Source: a virus (lineage: Duplodnaviria; Caudoviricetes). From it: a stretch of 64,000 nt of DNA. Position 1 is the first letter of the stretch; every line of letters begins with the position of its first letter. The position numbers were made by a program, and so were the translations under genes. The notes beneath the pieces were generated by a model. The model was not told the DNA's origin. It saw only the letters and a list, made by a program, of their open reading frames with translations, and ran no database searches. This document shows, piece by piece, positions 54,052-61,590 of the stretch. The stretch covers positions 706-64,705 of the IMG/VR virus record IMGVR_UViG_3300024181_000005; one strand, given 5' to 3'.

Positions 54052-54735
54052 TCAGCCGAGGTACTTCGGGCCGCAGTCCGGACCGGCACCCAGGGCCTTG
54101 TACGGGTTGTTCTCGTCAGTGAGGTCTTTGTGGCAGAACCGGCAGTTACCGATGAGCTGGCCGTACAGCGCTCCGGCCAACTTGTCGTTCGCAGCCAGCC
54201 ACTTCATGATCTGTGCCCGGCGAGCACCGCGCACGGGGTACAGGCTGTTGCTGGCCTTCTCGTCCAGGTACTGGAAACCGGTGCCCGGGGCCTTCTTAAC
54301 ACGGAAGAAGTGCGGCTTGTCGAAGCCCAGCTCCCCGGCCGGAATGGCGTAGTAGCCATACCCGCGCTTGCCCACGGGGAGCAGGGGCACGGTGTGCGTC
54401 CGGCCTCCCTGCGGAGAGGGGGTCGGGAGGGAGGTGGCCTTCGGCTGCGCCTTCAGCCAGTTGATGACCGTGCCGCCCTGCGCGAAGGTGGTCGGCCGCG
54501 CCGGGAACTGGGCGAGCAGCTGGGCGGCAGTGATGCCGCGCTCCGCCATCATGGTCTTGATCAGGTCAGCCTGACGCTCGCTGAACGGGCGAGTGTCGGT
54601 GCGGGTCTCCCAGCGAGGGCGGCTGTCGCGAGCGGTAGTGGCAGCGGCACAGGAAGCGCCGTAGCGGTGGAATCCCCGGCACTCGAGGCAGCGGGCCTCG
54701 CGGGTGGCAGGAGCGTCGCTGGCGTAGGTGTTCAT
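54052..54735 (-). CDS. DUF6011-like zinc-finger protein
   Basis: C-terminal CRFCHKDLTD...GAGPDCG. Confidence 0.75.
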   Translation of the reverse strand: MNTYASDAPATREARCLECRGFHRYGASCAAATTARDSRPRWETRTDTRPFSERQADLIKTMMAERGITAAQLLAQFPARPTTFAQGGTVINWLKAQPKATSLPTPSPQGGRTHTVPLLPVGKRGYGYYAIPAGELGFDKPHFFRVKKAPGTGFQYLDEKASNSLYPVRGARRAQIMKWLAANDKLAGALYGQLIGNCRFCHKDLTDENNPYKALGAGPDCGPKYLG

Positions 54736-54777
54736 GGTGACCTCCCGGTCGAGTGGTTGTGCGTGCCGAACAAGAGA

Positions 54778-54807
54778 ACTCTATCAGGGGTAGAACCGGG
54801 GCCGCAA
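54778..54807 (-). promoter_or_regulatory. SigmaA-like promoter
   Basis: TTGCGG-N18-TAGAGT-TCTC. Confidence 0.75.
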
Positions 54808-54826
54808 GGACCCCGGCTCGACAATC

Positions 54827-54985
54827 TCAGACCAGGTCGTACTCGCGACGCCAGGCCGCGCGCTCGATGCGGCGGACGCGCTTGCGCAGGTAGCGGGCTC
54901 CGCCGTCGGCGCTGACCTCGTCGCGCCAGTAGTGCTTCCCGCTCGCGCGGTTGCGGAGCATGACGCCTCGGCTGTGCTTGCTCAT
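54827..54985 (-). CDS. 52-aa basic protein
   Basis: Own promoter and CAGCCGGGAGG RBS. Confidence 0.7.
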   Translation of the reverse strand: MSKHSRGVMLRNRASGKHYWRDEVSADGGARYLRKRVRRIERAAWRREYDLV

Positions 54986-55017
54986 TGCTGGCCTCCCGGC
55001 TGAGTGATGATGCGGTA

Positions 55018-55046
55018 ACGCTATCAGCGTACCGGGGGCCCCGCAA
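55018..55046 (-). promoter_or_regulatory. SigmaA-like promoter
   Basis: TTGCGG-N17-TAGCGT. Confidence 0.7.
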
Positions 55047-55063
55047 GACCCCCGGCATGCCAT

Positions 55064-55693
55064 TCACGCCATGATTCCCAGGCCCCGCGCAGTGAACTTC
55101 TTCACCGGCTTGGCCGCCTTCATCTGGTTGATCACGCCGCCCTTCGGGCCGCGCGGGGCGACGGTCCAGGTGATGGGCTTGGCTACCGGCTTGCCCGAGG
55201 CGTCGCACTGGTAGTCCCAGGCCACCATCGCGGCGGCCATCTGCTGGTCGGTGGAGACGTTGGCGACCGGGGTCAGGCTGGCCCAGAACGCCTCCTTGCA
55301 GGCCCTGCGGGCTGCGCTGGTGGCCGGGTGGCTGTGGCCCTTGTGGTTGAGCTGCTGGCGCCGCGTGAAGCCCGCAACGCTGCTGTTGCGCTGGTCCTGC
55401 ACCTTCGTGCTCTTCTGGGTCTGCGCGAGGTTGAGCTCCGGGTGGCAGATCCAGCAGGACTGCATGAAGCCCTCCCACTCGGACTTTTCCCAGTCGGTCA
55501 GCTCGGTGGTGAAGCCGTCGGCGGCCTCCACCCGGGCGTTGATGGCATGGTGGCCGTTGTCGCTGTGCCCGTTCTCCATGCCTCCCTCTTCGAAGCAGTA
55601 GTTGCACATGTCGTGGTGCGGGCTGGTCTCGGTGCCTTTGGTGCCTGTCTGGCCCCGACGCTTGCCACAGACGTTGCACATGACCTGCTTCAT
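55064..55693 (-). CDS. Multi-Cys/His (zinc-binding) hypothetical protein
   Basis: CNVC, CNYC..E.G..NGH...GH, CWICHP, HKGHSH...RRAC. Confidence 0.75.
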   Translation of the reverse strand: MKQVMCNVCGKRRGQTGTKGTETSPHHDMCNYCFEEGGMENGHSDNGHHAINARVEAADGFTTELTDWEKSEWEGFMQSCWICHPELNLAQTQKSTKVQDQRNSSVAGFTRRQQLNHKGHSHPATSAARRACKEAFWASLTPVANVSTDQQMAAAMVAWDYQCDASGKPVAKPITWTVAPRGPKGGVINQMKAAKPVKKFTARGLGIMA

Positions 55694-55735
55694 GATGCCC
55701 TCCCGGGTAGTGGTTGCTGACTTGCTGATGAGAGA

Positions 55736-55765
55736 ACCCTACCAGAGTCAGCAAGACAGCCGCAA
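55736..55765 (-). promoter_or_regulatory. SigmaA-like promoter
   Basis: TTGCGG-N18-TAGGGT-TCTCTCATCAGCAAG. Confidence 0.75.
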
Positions 55766-55768
55766 CCC

Positions 55769-56065
55769 CTACGCCGCGAGAACCTTCACTGCGATCCGCG
55801 TGGCCTCCGCTCCCACCCGCCCCTCGTCCCGCAGGTCGGCCGTGGACCAGGAGAGGTGCACGTCTTCCACCTCGCGCATGATCACGTGCTTGGCCTGGTC
55901 AAAGTCGGCGCTGTACAGCAGGTCCGCCGTCATGGCTGCGCTGTGGCAGAAGGCCGAGATGCGTCCAGCGAAGAAGCTGTTGTCGCGGCTGTGCGGGGTG
56001 ACCTTCTTACCCGTGCTGATCGCCTTACCGATCAGGTTGACCAACAGGTCGTGTGTGCCTGCCAT
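55769..56065 (-). CDS. Hypothetical protein
   Basis: AAGGAGG RBS; 98 aa. Confidence 0.7.
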   Translation of the reverse strand: MAGTHDLLVNLIGKAISTGKKVTPHSRDNSFFAGRISAFCHSAAMTADLLYSADFDQAKHVIMREVEDVHLSWSTADLRDEGRVGAEATRIAVKVLAA

Positions 56066-56091
56066 CGTGTGCCCTCCTTGGCTTGACTGCG

Positions 56092-56131
56092 TGCCCTGCG
56101 CGGGAGTCGAACCCACGTACACCTACAGGAC
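56092..56131 (-). ncRNA. tRNA-like element 3 (40-nt acceptor+T-arm minihelix)
   Basis: GTCCTG/CAGGGC stem + CGTGGG-TTCGACT-CCCGCG; trailer A-CGCA. Confidence 0.55.
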
Positions 56132-56137
56132 GGGAGA

Positions 56138-56157
56138 GGGGCGCCCGTAGGCGCCCC
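56138..56157 (-). terminator. Hairpin terminator
   Basis: GGGGCGCC-TACG-GGCGCCCC just after gene 56165. Confidence 0.7.
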
Positions 56158-56164
56158 TGCGGCC

Positions 56165-56548
56165 TCAGACCGCCTCGGTGGTGTCTTCCTCCTGTGCACC
56201 GAGCCAGAGGGCCTCAAGCTCGTCCTGGTCGGCCTCTTCGAGCTCCTCGGTGATAGCCAGGTCGATCAGGATGCGACGCACCTGCGCGATGCTGACGTGG
56301 ATCTCCTCGGAGATGCTCTTCATGCTACGCGGGGTGATGGCCTCGACGCCCTCGGCCTCGTCCGCGTCCTGGCCCTCGCGCTGCGCCCGGACCCACTCGG
56401 CGTCCGCCCGCTCGGTGGTGCCGTCGGCGAGGAAGTGGCGACGACGCAGGGTGCCATCCTCGCGCTCGTTGTGCACCTTCGCGGTACCGGCGACCAGGGC
56501 CGCGAGCAGGTCGGTGGTGGGGGTGGCAGAGGTGATGACGATGTTCAT
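56165..56548 (-). CDS. HTH DNA-binding protein
   Basis: SMKSISEEIHVSIAQVRRIL; start ATG 56548. Confidence 0.75.
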   Translation of the reverse strand: MNIVITSATPTTDLLAALVAGTAKVHNEREDGTLRRRHFLADGTTERADAEWVRAQREGQDADEAEGVEAITPRSMKSISEEIHVSIAQVRRILIDLAITEELEEADQDELEALWLGAQEEDTTEAV

Positions 56549-56586
56549 GGTGACCCTCCCGGGTAGTTGGCCTTGCTGATGTGAGA

Positions 56587-56616
56587 ACACTATCACGGAC
56601 TGAGCGTCCTGTGCAA
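56587..56616 (-). promoter_or_regulatory. SigmaA-like promoter
   Basis: TTGCAC-N18-TAGTGT-TCTCACATCAGCAAG. Confidence 0.8.
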
Positions 56617-56650
56617 GGAGCTGTGCGAGACAGCTCTCCACACTCCGGGC

Positions 56651-56761
56651 TCAGGCAGTCTTGCGCCAGTTCTTGGCGCGACGGTCCTTGCGAACCTGCG
56701 CGGCCTTGGTGCGACGGCTGGCAACAGATAGGTTGAGCTTGATCTGACGCTTACCCTTCAT
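56651..56761 (-). CDS. 36-aa highly basic peptide
   Basis: MKGKRQIKLNLSVASRRTKAAQVRKDRRAKNWRKTA; CCGGGAGG RBS. Confidence 0.7.
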   Translation of the reverse strand: MKGKRQIKLNLSVASRRTKAAQVRKDRRAKNWRKTA

Positions 56762-56776
56762 GCTGGGCCTCCCGGC

Positions 56777-56905
56777 TCAGGCGGAGCGAACGACGGCGAT
56801 GTTGGCCTTGGCAACGAACCGGTTCATGGCGGACCAGTTCTTGAAAGTCTTGACCTTCTTGGCAGTGGTGGCCGAGTTGAGGTCGATGTAGGTGATGGTC
56901 CACAT
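56777..56905 (-). CDS. 42-aa basic protein
   Basis: MWTITYIDLNSATTAKKVKTFKNWSAMNRF...; own promoter and RBS. Confidence 0.7.
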   Translation of the reverse strand: MWTITYIDLNSATTAKKVKTFKNWSAMNRFVAKANIAVVRSA

Positions 56906-56947
56906 GGTGCGCCTCCCGGCTGAGTGTGCTGACTTGCTGATGAGAGA

Positions 56948-56977
56948 ACACTATCACCGAGGTGGAGCGGGTCACAA
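56948..56977 (-). promoter_or_regulatory. SigmaA-like promoter, -35 in hairpin loop
   Basis: TTGTGA-N18-TAGTGT; 7-bp stem GCGGGTC/GACCCGC. Confidence 0.8.
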
Positions 56978-56996
56978 GGACCCGCCCCGAACTTTC

Positions 56997-57467
56997 TCAG
57001 ACAGCCTTGAGCTTGCGGGCCGGGGCGGTGGTGGCCTTGGCTGCGGGCTTCCTGCGGACGACGGGGGTCGGGGTGCGGTGGTTCATGGCTGCACGCGAGA
57101 TGGCCATGAGCACGTCCACGGTGAGCGGCATGCAGTACAGCGCGACCATGTCGGTGACGCCAGCCTCGCTCAGCACGTGTACGAGGTGCCAGTAGCTGAC
57201 CCAGCCAGCGATCGCGGCTAGGAAGCCGATGGCCCCAAGGCGCACCCATCCCACCCTCCCTTTCGCAGGCATGCGTTCGAGCAGCTCGAGGCTCAGGAAG
57301 AAGGCTACGGGGGTCCACAGCCCCACCAGCACCCCAATCGGGGTGTGCTGGCTGGCGTACACGTTGGCGGCCGTCGTGGCGGTAGCGGCTACGTAGAAGG
57401 TGCTGCCTGCCGTCCTCTTCAGGTTGCGTGCCTTGCGCGCAGCGGGGGTCAGCTTCTTGCAGGTCAT
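56997..57467 (-). CDS. DUF2637-like multi-pass membrane protein
   Basis: SYWHL...AG....ALYCMPLTVDVLMA motif; basic tail. Confidence 0.75.
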   Translation of the reverse strand: MTCKKLTPAARKARNLKRTAGSTFYVAATATTAANVYASQHTPIGVLVGLWTPVAFFLSLELLERMPAKGRVGWVRLGAIGFLAAIAGWVSYWHLVHVLSEAGVTDMVALYCMPLTVDVLMAISRAAMNHRTPTPVVRRKPAAKATTAPARKLKAV

Positions 57468-57633
57468 GTGCGCTCTCCCGAGCTAGTAGGTGCGGAACAC
57501 AACAGCGGGCAGAGGCTGTGCTTGTCATCATCAGTTTGCCCGAAGGCTCCCGCATATACACCACTGGCACTTGTTATCCGTATGGCTTTTGCTAAACAAG
57601 CTTTGCGCTTACCCGCTGTTGTGTTGTGAGAGA

Positions 57634-57664
57634 ACTCTACCATGGTGACCGGGGCTCGGCGCAA
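57634..57664 (-). promoter_or_regulatory. SigmaA-like promoter
   Basis: TTGCGC-N19-TAGAGT-TCTCTCA. Confidence 0.6.
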
Positions 57665-57787
57665 GGACGATCTCGGATGGTCTTGGTAGATCCGATTGTC
57701 CACCAGACCTATTCTCTCATCTCCGTCGAGATGATCGCAAGGAGACCCGCCGAAGTTTCTCGACGGGCCTCGCGTGCGGGTGCGCGG

Positions 57788-58555
57788 CTACGGGCAGGAT
57801 CCGTCTCCGCCGAAGCGGAACGTGCGGGTGGTCACGGCTGTGTAGGTGTACTTGGCTGTGTTCGTGGCCGACATGGTCAGGTTGGCCGTCGTGCCGTCGC
57901 CGTAGGACAGCGTGGAGAACTTGGCCGCACTCGTGTCCGACGAGCACAGGCCGTTGCCCATCTGCGTGGTCGGGTTGGCCACGTTCGCGGCCACCTCGCC
58001 CCATGCCTTCACCTGTCCGCTCTGGGTGAACGTCGGCGAGGTCCAGTCACCGGCCGGGAAGTATCCGACAGGCTGAAGATTGTAGTAGACCCACCAGTTG
58101 TTCGGGGTACCGCCGTAGGCGATGGTGAGCTGCTTCAGGGTGCCGATGTCACCCGCGACGCTCGTACCCCGGTTCACGGTGGTGTTCGGAGCGTAGTCGA
58201 CCCAGGTGGCGTCGCTGTATCCGCCCGCAACGCCGTTCGTGTAGCGGTGCGAGAAGAAGTGCGGATTATTGTCCCCGTACAGCCCGGGGTTGACCATCAC
58301 GCCAGCCTCGACAACCTGCTGGCCGTTGGCCGATAGCATCGCGATCTCGCCGAGCGAATGGAAGTCGCCTGCGGTCACAGTGGGCTGCGTGATGGTGAGC
58401 AGAACAGCGGCCTGGGTGTCGACGTGGTTCTCGGCACCGACGACATAGAAGTACGTGAGCGCAGCCTGCGCGGGGGTGGCCGCCAAGCCGAGGCCCGTGA
58501 GGGCGGTCAGTAGTGCGATGGTGCCTGCGATCAAGCGTCGCTTGAACGGGTGCAT
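57788..58555 (-). CDS. Secreted neprosin-family (glutamic) peptidase
   Basis: Signal peptide ending AQA; HSLGEIA, VVEAG, NPGLYGD, WWVYY...GYFP, WGEV, MGNG, FGGDG; start ATG 58555 with GAAAGG RBS. Confidence 0.8.
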   Translation of the reverse strand: MHPFKRRLIAGTIALLTALTGLGLAATPAQAALTYFYVVGAENHVDTQAAVLLTITQPTVTAGDFHSLGEIAMLSANGQQVVEAGVMVNPGLYGDNNPHFFSHRYTNGVAGGYSDATWVDYAPNTTVNRGTSVAGDIGTLKQLTIAYGGTPNNWWVYYNLQPVGYFPAGDWTSPTFTQSGQVKAWGEVAANVANPTTQMGNGLCSSDTSAAKFSTLSYGDGTTANLTMSATNTAKYTYTAVTTRTFRFGGDGSCP

Positions 58556-58692
58556 GGGCGGTCCTTTCTGGAAGACTCCTCCTGTTCGCAATCTGACCCC
58601 GCCGAGGGGTCGGTAGCTCGGCGAGGCCAGATCACATTCCGTGCAGGTAAGCAGGGAGAAGGGCTGCCACCGTGGGGCCCAGCTTACCAGGG

Positions 58693-59088
58693 CTACAGGG
58701 CGACAGGGGCATCCGACCCGGCAGTTACCTGCACTCCCGCCCGCACGCTCGCAGCGGGGGCCAGCGTGACCCCAATGGCGACCAGGAACGCGCTGACGAT
58801 CATCATCAGGTTGTTCGGGTCCGACCAGTCGCTGCCATTCACGATGACCACCTGCGCAACGGCCAGTGCGGCGAGCAGCGCGTTGACCACACTCTTGACA
58901 CCGCCGAAAGCCTTGCTGAGCGGCACGATGAACACGATGAGATTGTTGCCGATGGCCAGGGCGATGATGATGCCCTCGGATGCGTCGATGTGGTGATCCC
59001 CGGTGAACAGCGGGAGAACGACCGCAATGATCGCATAGAGGAAGGCAACAATGCTCTTCCCGTATTTCTCCCAGACCGTGAGATTCAT
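58693..59088 (-). CDS. Holin (multi-TM)
   Basis: About 4 hydrophobic segments; KYGKSIVA N-terminus; in the lysis cassette. Confidence 0.75.
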   Translation of the reverse strand: MNLTVWEKYGKSIVAFLYAIIAVVLPLFTGDHHIDASEGIIIALAIGNNLIVFIVPLSKAFGGVKSVVNALLAALAVAQVVIVNGSDWSDPNNLMMIVSAFLVAIGVTLAPAASVRAGVQVTAGSDAPVAL

Positions 59089-59103
59089 GGTGACCCCTTT
59101 CTG

Positions 59104-59421
59104 TCAGCGCCGGATGGGCTGACATTGCGACAACTTATACAGGTCCAGGAATTTGGCCTGTAGGTTACGCCCCGCCCTCGACGTAGGCGGAGTCTCTTCG
59201 AACGTATCCAGGTACGCACTGAGCCACCCGCACACTACCCGCCGAGACTCCACCGCCGAGGCTGCTGCTGCCCGTTCTTGTTCTTGTCGAGCGTGTTCTG
59301 CTTGATTGGCGGATATCTGAACCGCAGCGAATATGGAGAGAATGGGAGACAGCAACACCGTCGCTATCCCCACGACAATCCAGTAGACCGGGAGGGGCTT
59401 CGGTTCCAGAACCCGCTTCAT
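59104..59421 (-). CDS. Membrane protein (lysis cassette)
   Basis: One TM, coiled segment, two Cys. Confidence 0.65.
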   Translation of the reverse strand: MKRVLEPKPLPVYWIVVGIATVLLSPILSIFAAVQISANQAEHARQEQERAAAASAVESRRVVCGWLSAYLDTFEETPPTSRAGRNLQAKFLDLYKLSQCQPIRR

Positions 59422-59458
59422 CACCCCGCAGCCACCCCCTTCACAATGATGAGAACTA

Positions 59459-59722
59459 TCACCGCGAGACCGGAGGCTCCACTGGCGACGAGGGCGATTC
59501 GGGCGTACCAACCCGACGTAGGCTGAGGGCTTCCAGCACTGAGGCTGCTCCCACGGCGAACCCGGGTATACCGATCGCCGCCCCGCCGACCAGCAGAACC
59601 GCGAGGCGGATGTCCTGCCGCTGCACCTCCAAGAAGATGAGCGCCCACCCGCCCAGGAACGACAGGATGTCCCGCATGAGAATCCATGTTCCAGGTAGCC
59701 GCTCCGTGCCTCGCCTGCTCAC
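59459..59722 (-). CDS. Two-TM membrane protein (lysis cassette)
   Basis: RDILSFLGGWALIF...LLVGGAAIGIPG. Confidence 0.65.
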   Translation of the reverse strand: MSRRGTERLPGTWILMRDILSFLGGWALIFLEVQRQDIRLAVLLVGGAAIGIPGFAVGAASVLEALSLRRVGTPESPSSPVEPPVSR

Positions 59723-59798
59723 TCATGTTCCGCCTTTCCATTCCCCGGCATCAAAGAGCCCGGCTTATGACGACTGACAGGGGCTAGATCAGTCGCGC

Positions 59799-60062
59799 TT
59801 ACGTCGTCAGGTCTGCCGGATCGATGCTCTGGTCGATAGGTAGTTCGATACCGTTCTTGGTGAGCAGCGCGGACTGAGCACGAATGTAACGCTGCATGTC
59901 CGTCCGCTGTTGGTTCACGATGATATGAACGGCATCAACCTTCTGACCCGTCCTACGCGCGGCAACCGCTCCGATCGTGACGACGACAGCCGTGGCCAAC
60001 GTGAACAGAGCCGTGAACATGCCTGCCAGCGTTGACCCCGGCATGTCAGCCGCGAGCATCAT
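59799..60062 (-). CDS. Membrane protein (lysis cassette)
   Basis: One TM, then VDAVHIIVNQQRTDM. Confidence 0.65.
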   Translation of the reverse strand: MMLAADMPGSTLAGMFTALFTLATAVVVTIGAVAARRTGQKVDAVHIIVNQQRTDMQRYIRAQSALLTKNGIELPIDQSIDPADLTT

Positions 60063-60063
60063 G

Positions 60064-60912
60064 TCAGCCGCCGCTCGTCGGTGCCTGGACTGCGGTCTTG
60101 ACAGCCGCAACGTCAGCCTTGAGCTGGGTGGTGTCGCTCCGCAACACGGAGATTCCACCGCCGTTACTCTTGGACTGAGAGTCGATGACCGCCAGCTTGC
60201 CGGGGGTCTGGAGCAACTGACCCATCGGAGAGCTCGGGCTGAGCGGGTTGGCCGCCGCACCGCCGGTGTCTCCGACCTCGTGGTCCCGCAGGGCCCACAG
60301 GTCCTTGATGAACTGCCGCAGCGCACGGGTCGGGCGGTCCTTGTAGCCGACGGCGGTGTCGAGAACGGCCGTAGCGATCGCGGCCTTGCCGTCGGTGCTC
60401 TTGGCCCAACTGGTCATGAACTTGTTGAACGTGGCCTGGTCCACCGGGAAGTCTCCCACTTCTCCTAGTCGGAAATCGAACGTCGTGTTGTTGTCAGCGG
60501 CCTGGCTGTACGCGCCGCTCACGTGCAGGTGCTCGGTGTGTGGGCTCGGGCCGGTATACGCCTCGGCCTTCCATCCGTTGCTCGCCCGGTAGATCTTACG
60601 ATTCAAGATCAGATACCGGAACACCTTCTCAATGCCCGGAAGCTTGATGAGGTGATCGACGAGCATTTGCGTGTCGCAACCTGCCTCGCGCAGGTCGCTA
60701 TCCATGTCGAAGGCGCGGACCTCGTTCAGCGTGTCGCCGTCCCTGTACTCGGCCTTCCCGGTGATGTCGGGATTGTGGCCGCTGGACGACTCTGCCTGGT
60801 GAGCCAGGTCACCGATGGTGCCGTCGCTCGCCTTGTCACGATTCGGCCAACGACGATTCACCGAATCACGGAAATGCGACAGGCCCTTCGTGAGCACCCA
60901 TGCCGTAGCCAT
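60064..60912 (-). CDS. Endolysin, M15-like Zn peptidase
   Basis: DGTIGD.AH, SGHNPD, RAFD, HTEHLHVS zinc-ligand pattern. Confidence 0.85.
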   Translation of the reverse strand: MATAWVLTKGLSHFRDSVNRRWPNRDKASDGTIGDLAHQAESSSGHNPDITGKAEYRDGDTLNEVRAFDMDSDLREAGCDTQMLVDHLIKLPGIEKVFRYLILNRKIYRASNGWKAEAYTGPSPHTEHLHVSGAYSQAADNNTTFDFRLGEVGDFPVDQATFNKFMTSWAKSTDGKAAIATAVLDTAVGYKDRPTRALRQFIKDLWALRDHEVGDTGGAAANPLSPSSPMGQLLQTPGKLAVIDSQSKSNGGGISVLRSDTTQLKADVAAVKTAVQAPTSGG

Positions 60913-61001
60913 TCTCTCCCCCTTTCTGCGGTCGGGAGGGTCGGGGAGGACCCTCGGTCCATATTGTACCCGATTCGGGCTTGAAGCAGCCCGCAGGGCG
61001 T

Positions 61002-61589
61002 TTAGAGGTCAACTCCGGTATCTCCGGGATCTGCTCCAGCAAACTCGACCGTGAGGTCGAAAGGCTCACCGGCGGAGGCGAAGAACTGGAAGGTACCCGT
61101 GCCGACGACCCGGGCTCCCGAAACGAGGATAGAGATGAACCCCGACGTATCGGCGAAGTAGAAGCCAGAGATAGGGATCAGGTTGGACTGAGCGTTGTTG
61201 TCCTGCACGTTGCGGCATTGCGCGAACTGGGTGCCGTTGGCCACTGTGCACGCAGAGCCGGTCGTGGCGCTGAAGAAGAAGCGCAGGCGGGCGAACATCA
61301 CGTCGTTGTCGACCGTGCTGTCAAGATTCACGTTAGAGCTCATGATACGGTAGCCGACGCCTGCGATAACCGGAATGTCATCGAGGCGCATGTAGGGGGT
61401 TTCCGTACTGACAGCGCCGATAGACAATGCCGAGGTGCGACGACCGCGCTTGATGATCTTCTGGTTGTTGGCCTCGAGCGAAAGGACGCGGCTGTCCAGA
61501 TCGTTAATCGCATCCCGCACGGGAGTGCCGTAGAGCGAAGACGAGAGAGGCTGCCCGGGAACCGGGGTCTGAATCGTATAGCTGGCCAT
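61002..61589 (-). CDS. Minor tail / fibre protein
   Basis: Follows the tail-tip gene; short coiled segment then beta-sandwich. Confidence 0.65.
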   Translation of the reverse strand: MASYTIQTPVPGQPLSSSLYGTPVRDAINDLDSRVLSLEANNQKIIKRGRRTSALSIGAVSTETPYMRLDDIPVIAGVGYRIMSSNVNLDSTVDNDVMFARLRFFFSATTGSACTVANGTQFAQCRNVQDNNAQSNLIPISGFYFADTSGFISILVSGARVVGTGTFQFFASAGEPFDLTVEFAGADPGDTGVDL

Positions 61590-61590
61590 C

